Counted from the first letter of the stretch, positions 25,157 to 39,415 are shown. The stretch: 64,000 bases of DNA from Octopus vulgaris (GCA_951406725.2 OX597822.1:50964001-51028000); one strand, 5' to 3'. The notes: generated from the sequence alone by a model not told the origin. A program made the numbers and translations.

Positions 25157-26873
25157 TATGAATTACTTACTGATATATGGAAGGCAAAGTTAAGCTTATT
25201 TCTGAAATGTTCATTGTATTGCTTGTGTGTATCTTCATCGTAATATTATGTTGGTTTTCGGAGCAATGGCCGTGATATTAGCAAGTGGTATTATATATTC
25301 TACCTAATTATAAATTACTTTATATTGTGCCTGTAAAGGTGTTAACGTGCTAGCCACCTTATTATTACTTCAAATGACGGTAATATTAGTACTTTATTTA
25401 AATTTTCCTTGTTTACGATATTTTCTTTTCAACGGGGCGAGACGTTTAAAGTACTGAACGCACACGAGATGTCGTAGTGAATATTTTATATATAGCATGA
25501 AAGTGCTGATAGAAAGAAGAAAAGAATGAAAGAATAAAGGAATTTGTATTCATTTATTCTTTCCTCCCTTCTATCAGCTCTTTCACTCTTACTTCCTTCA
25601 TTCCACTCTTTCCTTTCGTTACCCTTCTCTCACATTTCATTGCCGTCTCTTCATGCTAACTTTCTCTCTTCTTTTCACTTCACTGTATCCCTGTAATTTT
25701 TTCTCACCTCTCCTTATTTCTTCTGGCCCTTTGCCTCTATCGCTCTATCTCTTCTCTCCCCACGAGACTGGTGTTCGGCCAAGCCTGACCTTTCTTTCTT
25801 GGTTCATCCGCTCTCCGTGCAACATCTATATTCTTCTCTGTGCCTGTGAAATCTTGCATTCCCGCTGCAAGGCTTTACCTCTACACACGCCAGCTTAATT
25901 TACACGTTCTTAGTCGAGAGACACGTGTTGTTCTGTCCTGATATTTGTATTTGTGTAACCTTCGCCGTTTTTCCGTCCCTTTCTTCAACATACATACATA
26001 TATATGCATACTTATGTATATATGTTTGTGTGTATTATGTCTGCGTTCACACTCATTAATAACTGTCACCAATTTCGTATCATTTTTTGACATAAGTTAT
26101 TTATTTTCTACTATTTTTCTGGTGATGGAGAGGTGTCTTTGCTTAGTACATGAATTTCCCTGTGTGACGTTTGACATCGAGCATAATAGATAGTAATTTC
26201 ATCACTGACTACTTACTTGAATCTTTAGCATTATTCTAAAACTTATTCATATTTTTCCACTACCTATGTACCTGATAATTACATTTGAGACAGATGAGGA
26301 CTCCATGTAATACGCCGAAATATATCTAGATCAAAAATTGCTGGAAAAGGCTGTGATTATTTTGGGAGAGGTAGTCACTACCCTCTCTTTGACAACAGGC
26401 ATCATTCGAAAACTTAAATTTGATAATTGGAAGTAGAATATTTCCTAAATTATATCATATTATAGTCTATTTTAGAATACCTGACATACGGTGGTTTATT
26501 CAGATATAACTACTCATGATACCTATAAATTTGTATGCTTAATTGCAGTTATTCATGTAACTATATGTATAAGTGTGTGTGTGCCTGTCTGTGTCTGAGT
26601 ATGTGCATGTGTGCATCTGTGTGCGTCTATGCGTGTTTTTGTGGTAGCTGTCTACTCTATCCATATATATAGACACATAGATACATTGAAAGACAGAAAG
26701 ATAGGTAGATAGACCAGTTGCGGGATTCATTAGAGTCTAAGTATATCAACTTGCAGGACACCAGGTTTTGTTGGGCACGTGGTATTTAGCCTACAGTACA
26801 TGGAAGGAATACTTGGCAGTCGTTCATTGGTAGTATGCTATACGTGCGTATATATATATATATATATATATAT

Positions 26874-27055
26874 ATCGTGACGCATATTTGCCATTTGAAT
26901 ATGGCTAACCCCTAAGGGTGGATGCTACTGTAGTTGTAGCCCCAGGAAGATACCTCCTCCAGCTGGAGGAGGAGGTATCTTCCTGGGGCTACAAACTACA
27001 GTAGCATCCACCCTTAGGGGTTAGCCATATTCAAATGGCAAATATGGGTCACGAT
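26874..27055. repeat. Near-perfect ~180-bp palindrome without spacer
   Basis: Centre CCTCCAG|CTGGAGG at 26962/26963; arms differ by a few small changes. Confidence 0.9.
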
Positions 27056-27095
27056 GTGTTACCGCTACTGTTTATAACTCGCTCTGAGATTTATC

Positions 27096-27124
<29 letters not shown>

Positions 27125-27126
<2 letters not shown>

Positions 27127-27603
27127 AGGTCCCGGGTTCATTCGGAGTTAACCACAGTAAGTAAGGTACTCAATACATAGCAGAGTAAAATTAATTTATT
27201 ATATAGAAGGAGCTTCTACAGGACTAGTACTGTTTCATTCAAGAGAAATCTTCAGGAAGCTATTTAACAAGAATTGTATTAGCATTTATACATTTAGGCA
27301 GGTTTAAAGGAGTGGTGGTGGGGGACTTTTTTGGGGGTAGGCATAGCGCAAAATATCATACTTGGGGGAGTGGTCAAGGAGTCAGTGGTAAGTTAGATGA
27401 AAGAATAGATAAATAAAAAAATAAAATAAAAAAAATAAAAAAATAAAAAATATATATAAAAAATATATATATAAAAAATATATATATAAAAAAATATATA
27501 TATATAAAAAAAGGGGGGATAGAGTTATAGGTAAATAAGGAGATTCTCACTTGTACCTATACACACATGTATACGTATCTACACACATATATATATACTC
27601 ATA

Positions 27604-27639
<36 letters not shown>

Positions 27640-27953
27640 CACATATACATATATACACATATACATACATATCTACATACACACATACATACACCCGCCC
27701 ACATATACAAATTTATACACATGCACATGCATATACCTGTCTACACATACACACACGTATATATGCATACACTCACTCCCATGCATGCACGCATACACAC
27801 ATGTATATATGTACACACGACCACACATACATATATACACAGAAAAATATATATTCATACGCACATACACTCATGCACACACAACACACCTAGTTCCCTA
27901 TATACACATATTTACACCTATATATACACATACACCCACATACACATATGTAC

Positions 27954-27986
<33 letters not shown>

Positions 27987-28091
27987 CATATACACGCATA
28001 CATATATATACATGTGTGCACATACATACATATACGCATATACATACACACACACATACACATGTGTACCTATACATACCTACACATACAC

Positions 28092-28144
<53 letters not shown>

Positions 28145-28535
28145 CCAATACAGGCCCATTCCCTAATTTTAATTTTATTATCTTCATTTATTACTTTTGT
28201 TATCTTTGATCGCTAGAGCTAAGGATCCTGGCTATGGCAGCATGTCCATTTGTCTGTCTACTAGAAGGCAAGTACTCATTCCCGCACGCACACTCATTAG
28301 CACGTACATTCACCCATTCGTACACTCATACACATACACGTACGCACGCGTTATATTCATACATACAAACATCTACATACGTTCACGTATATACACATAC
28401 GTACTCGTACCTACAGATTCGTGTCTACACTTTAGGAGGCTAGTCTATACATATACACCAATAAATATACATATATATATATATATACACATATACATAC
28501 ACACACACACATATACTCGTACATACAGATACATA

Positions 28536-28603
<68 letters not shown>

Positions 28604-28805
28604 CACACACACACATATATATACACACACATACATACACATATATATACATACACAAACATATATACACACATATATATATATATATATACACACATAC
28701 ACACACATACATACATATACACACAAACACATACATACGTATACATACATACATACATCCATACATCCATACTTACATGCATTTATACGCATACACACAC
28801 CCCCA

Positions 28806-28842
<37 letters not shown>

Positions 28843-29339
28843 TCACACATACATATACAAATATACGCACACACATACATACATACACGTATACGCATAC
28901 ACGCACATACACATATACATGCGTACCCATACACGTGCACACACGCACGTGCATCCATATATATACACACACACACATATATACACGTGTGCAAGCATAC
29001 ATACATACTCATACACGCACACATACTTACATATACATATATGCACACACTTACACACATATATATACATACACATATACATGCATACATACATATATGC
29101 ATACATACACATACACGCACATACACATATACATGCGTACCCATACACGTGCACACACGCACCCGCATCCATATATATACACACACACACATATATACAC
29201 GTGTGCAAGCATACATACATACTCATACACGCACACATACTTACATATACATATATGCACACACTTACACACATATATACATACACATATACATGCATAC
29301 ATACATATATGCATACATACACACACGCGCACTCATATA

Positions 29340-29394
<55 letters not shown>

Positions 29395-29579
29395 CATATA
29401 TACATACATACACATACATACATACACACATACATATACATACACATACACATACGTACATATATATATATATATATACACATATATACACATATACACA
29501 TACATATATACACATATACATACATATACATACACACACACATACATATATACATATACACTGATACACATACCCATAC

Positions 29580-29612
<33 letters not shown>

Positions 29613-31243
29613 TATACACATGCATATACTTATATCTCTACATACTCACATATAAACATATATACACATACACACACATATATATATACATATACATACA
29701 CATACATATATATATATATATATACATATATACCTATATATACATATATATATATATACACACACACACACATACATATACACATATACATGCATACATA
29801 CGCAATAATGATACACATATATACACATACACACACACAGACAGATGCATATACATACATATATATATATAAATTACATATCTATATAAATACATACATA
29901 ATACACATATACACACACATATATATACATGCATATACATATACAAATATACATACACATACATACACACACACGCGCACATACATATACACACACACAT
30001 ATACAAATACATACATACACACATACACACACACACATATATACATACATGTACACATATACATATATATATATATATCAACAAGGGAGGGTAAGGTTAA
30101 TTAGTTATTAATCAATTTCACCAAGTATTCAGTATGTAAAGGGACCATTATTATTTTGAGTAAACAATGTTAGAGGGAAAAAATTCTCTAAGTAGTGGAA
30201 GAGGCTAAAAAACTTTATTGGCAGCTATTTCTAGAAAGTTTAGTATGTGGCAAAGTAATTTATTTTATTTTACTAAGCCCTAATTATATAATATTTTATA
30301 CATACATACACATACATGAACACATACATTTACACATACATATGCATATACGTATATACACATATACATCCAAACACATATACATATATACACACACACA
30401 CACATACAAGCACATACATATATATATATATATATATATGCAAATATATATACAAATATATATATTTTTATATATTTTTTTATTTTTACATGCATACATA
30501 CACACACACACACACAATACATGCGTATATTCCTACTGTACCCATGCATTTCTATACATATATACATACATACGAATCACACATACAAGCGTGCACATAC
30601 AATATGTGAAAGGTCTTAGGAGAAAAGGTAATCGGGGGTGCTAGGGGAACAGTGGGGTTGGGGGGGGGGTTTGTAGGGGGGGGGTTGTCATCAATCAGGT
30701 TGCCGGGTAGGTCTATAGTTCTTGTAGTTCGCATACTTCTTATGCATGCAATTTGGGGAGTGTTCTGAAAATTTGTTAAGGAGAGGGCCTTTGGCGAACA
30801 AGATCTCTAGGCTCTCTGATATGCATAGGTCACAGCAGGTATGTCCTCCTGTGTACGAGCGCGCCTTCTGTAGTAGTTTCCACTTGGTATTGAAGGGGAT
30901 TGAGTTCCTTTTAAGGTACCAGATGTGGGCGGCGAGGGTAGTTTGGTTGGATTTATCCTGTCGCCGGAACGAGTGTGTATGTGCGTACCAGCGGGTCTTA
31001 AAGCTGTTTGACGTCATTCCAATGTAGGATTTACTTTTATCGTCAAGGCCTGATCTTACCTCGCATTTATATACTAGGTCCCTCTGTAGGCAGTTGTTGT
31101 TGAGGGGGCAGGTGGTTTTATCATGGCAGTTGCAACTGCTATCGGACGTTGGATGGGCCCCGGAGAAAGTAGATATGTTAAGTTTTTCACATTGTTGTTG
31201 GCTAGGTTCCTGGCTAGATTGGGCGTGGTAGAGTAGGAGAGTC
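27125..31243 (-). mobile_element. Naiad-like Penelope element, left arm of the 8.2-kb palindrome
   Basis: GIY-YIG ORF 30691-31245, with a 1-nt deletion in an A-run relative to the right arm; long microsatellite tail; HHR at 27211-27261. Confidence 0.9.
27211..27261 (-). ncRNA. Type I hammerhead ribozyme (Naiad-like family)
   Basis: Reverse complement of 5554-5604. Confidence 0.8.
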
Positions 31244-31804
31244 ACTATTAGACTATCCTACTCTACCACGCCCAATCTAGCCAGGAACCTAGCCAACAAC
31301 AATGTGAAAAAACTTAACATATCTACTTTCTCCGGGGCCCATCCAACGTCCGATAGCAGTTGCAACTGCCATGATAAAACCACCTGCCCCCTCAACAACA
31401 ACTGCCTACAGAGGGACCTAGTATATAAATGCGAGGTAAGATCAGGCCTTGACGATAAAAGTAAATCCTACATTGGAATGACGTCAAACAGCTTTAAGAC
31501 CCGCTGGTACGCACATACACACTCGTTCCGGCGACAGGATAAATCCAACCAAACTACCCTCGCCGCCCACATCTGGTACCTTAAAAGGAACTCAATCCCC
31601 TTCAAGACCAAGTGGAAACTACTACAGAAGGCGCGCTCGTACACAGGAGGACATACCTGCTGTGACCTATGCATATCAGAGAGCCTAGAGATCTTGTTCG
31701 CCAAAGGCCCTCTCCTTAACAAATTTTCAGAACACTCCCCAAATTGCATGCATAAGAAGTATGCGAACTACAAGAACTATAGACCTACCCGGCAACCTGA
31801 TTGA
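31244..31804 (+). CDS. Partial PLE ORF: linker plus intact GIY-YIG endonuclease domain (5'-truncated, no true start)
   Basis: Open frame TIRLSYSTTPNL..CNCHDKTTCPLNNNC..LVY..SYIGMT..FKTRW..H..CDLCISE..LLNK..CMH; CxCx5C linker and CxxCxxE/CxH motifs as in Naiad-clade PLEs. Confidence 0.85.
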   Translation, partial: TIRLSYSTTPNLARNLANNNVKKLNISTFSGAHPTSDSSCNCHDKTTCPLNNNCLQRDLVYKCEVRSGLDDKSKSYIGMTSNSFKTRWYAHTHSFRRQDKSNQTTLAAHIWYLKRNSIPFKTKWKLLQKARSYTGGHTCCDLCISESLEILFAKGPLLNKFSEHSPNCMHKKYANYKNYRPTRQPD

Positions 31805-32740
31805 TGACAACCCCCCCTACAACCCCCCAACCCCACTGTTCCCCTAGCACCCCCGATTACCTTTTCTCCTAAGACCTTTCACATATTGTATGTGCACGCT
31901 TGTATGTGTGTATCGTATGTATGTATATATGTATAGAAATGCATGGGTACAGTAGGAATATACGCATGTATTGTGTGTGTGTGTGTGTATGTATGCATGT
32001 AAAAAAATATATATATGTATATATATTTGCATATATGTATATATATATATATATGTATGTGCTTGTATGTGTGTGTGTGTGTGTATATATGTATATGTGT
32101 TTGTATGTATATGTGTATATACGTATATGCATATGTATGTGTAAATGTATGTGTTCATGTATGTGTATGTATGTATAAAATATTATATAATTAGGGCTTA
32201 GTAAAATAAAATAAATTACTTTGCCACATACTAAACTTTCTAGAAATAGCAGCCAATAAAGTTTTTTAGCCTCTTCCACTACTTAGAGAATTTTTTTCCC
32301 TCTAACATTGTTTACTCAAAATAATAATGGTCCCTTTACATACTGAATACTTGGTGAAATTGATTAATAACTAATTAACTTTACCCTCCCTTGTTGATAT
32401 ATATATATATATGTATATGTGTACATGTATGTATATATGTGTGTGTGTGTATGTGTGTATGTATGTATTTGTATATGTGTGTGTATATGTATGTGCGCGC
32501 GTGTGTGTGTATGTATGTGTATGTATATTTGTATATGTATATGCATGTATATATATGTGTGTGTATATGTGTATTATGTATGTATTTATATAGATATGTA
32601 ATTTATATATATATATGTATGTATATGCATCTGTCTGTGTGTGTGTATGTGTATATATGTGTATCATTATTGCGTATGTATGCATGTATATGTGTATATG
32701 TATGTGTGTGTGTGTGTATATATATATGTATATATAGGTA

Positions 32741-32785
<45 letters not shown>

Positions 32786-32866
32786 ATGTACATGTATATA
32801 TATGTGTGTATGTGTATATATGTTTATATGTGAGTATGTAGAGATATAAGTATATGCATGTGTATA

Positions 32867-32899
<33 letters not shown>

Positions 32900-32992
32900 G
32901 TATGGGTATGTGTATCAGTGTATATGTATATATGTATGTGTGCGTGTATGTATATGTATGTATATGTGTATATATGTATGTGTATATGTGTA

Positions 32993-33023
<31 letters not shown>

Positions 33024-33084
33024 GTACGTATGTGTATGTGTATGTATATGTATGTGTGTATGTATGTGTATGTGTATGTATGTA

Positions 33085-33136
<52 letters not shown>

Positions 33137-33623
33137 TGCGCGTGTGTGTATGTATGCATATATGTATGTATGCATGTATATGTGTATGTATATATGTGTG
33201 TAAGTGTGTGCATATATGTATATGTAAGTATGTGTGCGTGTATGAGTATGTATGTATGCTTGCACACGTGTATATATGTGTGTGTGTGTATATATATGGA
33301 TGCGGGTGCGTGTGTGCACGTGTATGGGTACGCATGTATATGTGTATGTGCGTGTATGTGTATGTATGCATATATGTATGTATGCATGTATATGTGTATG
33401 TATATATGTGTGTAAGTGTGTGCATATATGTATATGTAAGTATGTGTGCGTGTATGAGTATGTATGTATGCTTGCACACGTGTATATATGTGTGTGTGTG
33501 TATATATATGGATGCACGTGCGTGTGTGCACGTGTATGGGTACGCATGTATATGTGTATGTGCGTGTATGCGTATACGTGTATGTATGTATGTGTGTGCG
33601 TATATTTGTATATGTATGTGTGA

Positions 33624-33660
<37 letters not shown>

Positions 33661-33872
33661 TGGGGGTGTGTGTATGCGTATAAATGCATGTAAGTATGGA
33701 TGTATGGATGTATGTATGTATGTATACGTATGTATGTGTTTGTGTGTATATGTATGTATGTGTGTGTATGTGTGTATATATATATATATATATATGTGTG
33801 TATATATGTTTGTGTATGTATATATATGTGTATGTATGTGTGTGTATATATATGTGTGTGTGTGTATGTATG

Positions 33873-33928
<56 letters not shown>

Positions 33929-34321
33929 GGTATGTATCTGTATGTAGGAGTATATGTGTGTGTGTGTATGTATATGTGTATATATATATATATATGTATA
34001 TTTATTGGTGTATATGTATAGACTAGCCTCCTAAAGTGTAGACACGAATCTGTAGGTACGAGTACGTATGTGTATATACGTGAACGTATGTAGATGTTTG
34101 TATGTATGAATATAACGCGTGCGTACGTGTATGTGTATGAGTGTACGAATGGGTGAATGTACGTGCTAATGAGTGTGCGTGCGGGAATGAGTACTTGCCT
34201 TCTAGTAGACAGACAAATGGACATGCTGCCATAGCCAGGATCCTTAGCTCTAGCGATCAAAGATAACAAAAGTAATAAATGAAGATAATAAAATTAAAAT
34301 TAGGGAATGGGCCTGTATTGG

Positions 34322-34370
<49 letters not shown>

Positions 34371-34471
34371 ATGTGTAGGTATGTATAGGTACACATGTGT
34401 ATGTGTGTGTGTATGTATATGTGTATATGTATGTATGTGCACACATGTATATATATGTATGCGTGTATATG

Positions 34472-34502
<31 letters not shown>

Positions 34503-34804
34503 GTACATATGTGTATGTGGGTGTATGTATATATAGGTGTAAATATGTGTATATAGGGAACTAGGTGTGTTGTGTGTGCATGAGTGTATGTGCGTATGAA
34601 TATATATTTTTCTGTGTATATATGTATGTGTGGTCGTGTGTACATATATACATGTGTGTATGCGTGCATGCATGGGAGTGAGTGTATGCATATATACGTG
34701 TGTGTATGTGTAGACAGGTATATGCATGTGCATGTGTATAAATTTGTATATGTGGGCGGGTGTATGTATGTGTGTATGTAGATATGTATGTATATGTGTA
34801 TATA

Positions 34805-34850
<46 letters not shown>

Positions 34851-35234
34851 TATATATATGTGTGTAGATACGTATACATGTGTGTATAGGTATAAGTGAG
34901 AATCTCCTTATTTACCTATAACTCTATCCCCCCTTTTTTTATATATATTTTTTTTTAAATATATATTTTTTATATATATATTTTTTTTTTATTTTTTATT
35001 TTTTTATTTTTTTATTTTTTTATTTTTTTATTTTTTTTTTTTTATTTTTTTATTTATTTTATTTTTTATTTTTTTTTATTTATTTATCTATTCTTTCATC
35101 TAACTTACCACTGACTCCTTGACCACTCCCCCAAGTATGATATTTTGCGCTATGCCTACCCCCAAAAAAGTCCCCCACCACCACTCCTTTAAACCTGCCT
35201 GAATGTATAAATGCTAATACAATTCTTGTTAAAT

Positions 35235-35285
35235 AGCTTCCTGAAGATTTCTCTTGAATGAAACAGTACTAGTCCTGTAGAAGCT
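35235..35285 (+). ncRNA. Type I hammerhead ribozyme (Naiad-like family)
   Basis: Identical to 5554-5604. Confidence 0.8.
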
Positions 35286-35296
35286 CCTTCTATATA

Positions 35297-35345
<49 letters not shown>

Positions 35346-35759
35346 GTATATATGCGTATAAAATCGGATTTTAGACCATATTTTAATGTCAAATTTACTT
35401 TTGAAGCGCTGCAAATCAAGCTAGAATCCGAAGTATCATATCAGCAGCAGAAGCTCGACTGATCTCTAAGCGAAGAAAAACAAAAAACACAAAGAATTAC
35501 AGTAATATTAGCAGATCTATGCATTAAAAAACACCTCCTAGTAATATATAATAGTCGTATGTGTACCACCGATCTAGTGCTTAATTGAATGTTTTTAGGC
35601 TTACCAAAATCAAGCGTTTGTATGAATTCTGCCAGAGCTGTGTGCCATTGTTCCCCAAAAGTGTTGTCTGTGAAACACGTTTCTCATAACGTAAACAATG
35701 CGTGTATGACGCATATTTTTTTTATTGTGCTTGAAGACGTATGCAGGCTTGCAGCATAT

Positions 35760-35980
35760 ATCTATTTCTTTACTAAACACAGAGAGGACAAACAAGGACA
35801 GACTAACGGATTAAGTCGATTATATCGACCCCAGTGCGTAACTGGTACTTATTTAATCGACCCCGAAAGGTAGAAAGGCAAAGTCGACTTCGGCGGAATG
35901 TGAACTCAGAACGTAACGGCAGACGAAATACGGCTACGCATTTCGCCCGGCGTGCTAACGTTTCTGCCAGCTCGCCGCCT
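35760..35980 (-). mobile_element. tRNA-derived SINE (Meta-domain type)
   Basis: Minus strand: AGGCGGCGAGCTGGCAGAAACGTTAGCACG…TTTCGGGGTCGATTAAATAAGTACCAG. Confidence 0.85.
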
Positions 35981-36339
35981 TGCAGCATATACCGTCAATA
36001 GATGTAAGTCACGTTAATATCTAACTTGACTCACATCTCTTTCTTATAAGGATAAATATGAATCTCTTAGATTCTATTCTTCTCCTATTTCCTTTCTCAA
36101 GTTTGATTGTATATTTTGTTTATACTTCCTGCACTGAAAAGTGCATTGATATATATATAATTAATTTAATCTAATTCAATCCAATCATGAATTTGCATGA
36201 TTCATATATTTCTGTACAGAACGATCATCTGCACGAATTAAGATTCTCTTATATATTTTAGCCACCTGTCTTCTCCATTTTTAACTGAGTTTTATGGGAT
36301 GTCTTCCATAAAATCATTTCACATAATACACATAATTTT

Positions 36340-36405
<66 letters not shown>

Positions 36406-36419
36406 GTATATGATTTAAC

Positions 36420-37850
36420 TTATGAAACAGTGTTCAACTAATTCAATCATGCTTTTTGTAAATGGAGGAGATTAGATGTTAATATGTATTGAATGGATTG
36501 AAATTGTTTATATTCGATTGTTTCATACAGAAAGTCAATATCTGGGTCGGCAAAAATTAAGAAAAGGAAAAATAAACACAACGACTATTACATCATAGCA
36601 CTTTTGAAAGCAGGGTATAAATATGAAATTAAGTACAATCAAAACTACAATAGTAACAGAAATCATATTAAATATAATTACATAAGGCATAATGTTAAAA
36701 CCAAAGACTTAATTACATAGAGAGAAACAGTATACCCTCATAAACACACAATTAAAACGCCCAATATTAGTTATACATAAACCAATCACGTTAAAGAAAC
36801 AAATCATAATGATATTAACATTAAACGTAAGCATGATGAACATTATGGAATAAATAAAGTCCATAATAAGAATAAAAATCATTAGAATTATTACCACCAT
36901 TCTAACCACACTAATGTAAATAACCCTTAATATATTGATAGCGTAAACTGCAAATATATAATTAAAGATAAGCATAGGAACATAAAGATAATAAATAAAA
37001 AAAATAATAACCAGAGTACGATGACTTACAATAATGATATGAATAACCATAGTAATAAAATTAATACTGATAATAAAAACATAGTCCAAAAGAAATCAAT
37101 AGCATGTATGAAGAAAATGACTTTTTCTATACAAATCAATGCTCAACCAAAGTAGACCATGATAAACCTGGATAATAACTTCTGGTGCTGAACATTAAAG
37201 TTGAACTTTATAACAACTATCAGAAGGATTATTAATAAAAACATTAAAAATAATAGATACATAAAAATACTTAATAGTAGACATATCAGATTAGGATTTT
37301 TAGTTTCCCTCAACATTCACAGGACAATATCTTCGTTTCGTAATAATAAACTAGATCAATTCTATGAACATTTAAAAAAATAACACAGGCTGAACCTAGA
37401 AGATACTAAAATAATAATGAACCACAAGAGAATGGTACAATTAGCAATATAAATATTCATAATGGTTACAATCCATATAAATCAACAACGTCAAGAAATA
37501 GCATATCATCCACACATAAAAATTGTAATTATAGAGACCCAAACACTTGTAATAGGGACGGATATTGTAAAAGGGAAAAATATATAATGCCAAGAAACAA
37601 TTATAAAAGAGAATTCTCACAATGTCATTATATCGGATGTACACAAAACTGGGTCAAATGAAGAATTTCGAACCACGAATCGAACTTCAGGAATCAAAGA
37701 AAAATAGACAGTACTGGATATTTCTTCAATGAATATATTACATATAATATCAGAAATTATCAAATGTTATTACTAAGTATAAAAATGGAGAGATCTAATT
37801 GATACACATTAATGTATTGATTAATGAACATATTCACCTACGGTTGTTTC
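36420..37850 (+). mobile_element. Decayed Naiad-like PLE with Asn/Lys/His-rich linker expansions
   Basis: YYIIALLKAGYKYEIKY; YIKILNSRHIRLGF; CNYRDPNTCNRDGYC; HYIGCTQNWVK*RISNHESNF; many stop codons. Confidence 0.65.
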
Positions 37851-38071
37851 ATTTCACAACCAAAATTAAAACTACAAAACATATAAATATATAGCCTTTC
37901 ATTTTAACATACATTGGATAAGAAATCATCAGGGGGCACAAAGGGCCAATACAAAGATTATATGGATTACATTGTGATCTGTTGGAATAATCGGAATATA
38001 TAAACATGTTTATTATGTGTGTATGCATACATATATCTATATTTACATATATGCAACTCTGTATGTATAAT

Positions 38072-38106
<35 letters not shown>

Positions 38107-39314
38107 GACAATGAACAACATGGTGGTGTGCTGAACCGGATTGGCATAGAAATCCTGCCTAGAAAACTGGACGACGCATCGCTAAGACAGACACGACAGT
38201 CAGTCTTCATAAACGAACCACGACCGGTTTTGAATAGTAAATACTCTTAATAGACAAAGGCATTACAAAGAACCATTGATGCACTCATGCATACACACAC
38301 AGACGTACGGAAGTAACCACATACATACACACACATGCAAAGACCAACAAGGATAGAGACGAGCCTTCATGCCCACACGGATACACACGCATAGGCATAC
38401 GCATGCACAAGGAAACATGCATATAGAAGTACACACATACACATATACACACAAACAAACACATACGAACGCACAAACATACGCACGAACACACACACAC
38501 GGACACAAACATAAAGACACACTGAGATACAGACATATGCTCTCACACAAATAGACACGCAAACGCATATACACACACTCGTACACACACCGACACACGC
38601 TCATGCATACGCATGTTCATACTCACGCACATATAGTAATCAATTCATTCAACATTTGTGAAACAAAGAAGACGGTTTAACTGTCTTTGAAGAAGTCATA
38701 TAGACGAACGTGTGCGTTTGCGAAGATAATAGAGAAAACCAAAACTATCTTATGTATATATACAAATTACATAAGCCAGTATTTAAAACGTACACACGGA
38801 CACATACTGATGCACACACTTACGTACAAACACAAACATATAGAGACATATACACACTCACATACTCATCTGGGACAGATGAAATCCCAAAGCTGGAACA
38901 TAAATTCAAAAGAAATAGAAATAGAGGGACGTGTCAGTGAAGAGATTACAACAGTGCGATGAAATAATTATTTGACAAAAAAAAAAAAAAAGCAAATAGC
39001 AACACGAACAATATTGAGCAATAGCAATAAACGACAGAACCAGTGCGTGTGTTTATTATTTATTATTACCGGCTTAATGCCCCTTTCAAGGTTCAACAGT
39101 ACATATATAAATATATATATATATGGCTTTGGTGCGAATGGTTTTAATATACAGTGCCACACACACACACACACAGTCGTTTCAAGTATGTCGTGTCCTC
39201 ATTAGGCATTAATAAATCCAATGTTTCACTGGTTAAATCTCCTTCACGTTAGATGAAAATCTTCAAAACATGTTAGGAATTATCATAATCAACTGTCCAT
39301 ATTCTTACCTCATT

Positions 39315-39415
<101 letters not shown>

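Larger units (their letters stand above)
24308..25380. repeat. Diverged ~290-bp inverted repeat of an HHR-bearing tail, with a Helitron in the spacer
   Basis: 24308-24600 aligns with the reverse complement of 25084-25380 (e.g. TAATACCACTTGCTAA / TTAGCAAGTGGTATTA). Confidence 0.75.
31244..35302 (+). mobile_element. Naiad-like Penelope element, right arm of the 8.2-kb palindrome
   Basis: Linker and GIY-YIG frame, ~3.5-kb tail, HHR at 35235-35285; ends in (TA)n. Confidence 0.9.

Noticed and set aside
30630-30690. G-quadruplex-capable G-runs just past the GIY-YIG stop (antisense strand)
   Set aside because: Run lengths vary between copies and there is no evidence of function.
31805-32400. SECIS element or selenocysteine recoding, known in some Naiad PLEs
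   Set aside because: No in-frame TGA at Cys positions in the retained ORF and no convincing SECIS hairpin by eye; a SECISearch run would be needed.
27125-35302. Palindrome as a pure fold-back sequencing artefact, or a TIR DNA transposon
   Set aside because: The arms differ by substitutions, the ends are asymmetric in the same way at a second locus, the flanks are unique, and the content is PLE-derived. Read-level confirmation is still advisable.
36709-37089. Hydrophobic minus-strand ORF resembling a GPCR or mitochondrial membrane protein (NUMT)
   Set aside because: It is the antisense of an Asn/Lys-rich PLE linker, and the plus strand carries PLE motifs on both sides.
37895-37940. Minus-strand CTGATGA…GAAA hammerhead halves (similar weak cases near 455, 6897, 52410 and 53911)
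   Set aside because: Stem III, the NUH site or stem I is missing; too degenerate to call.
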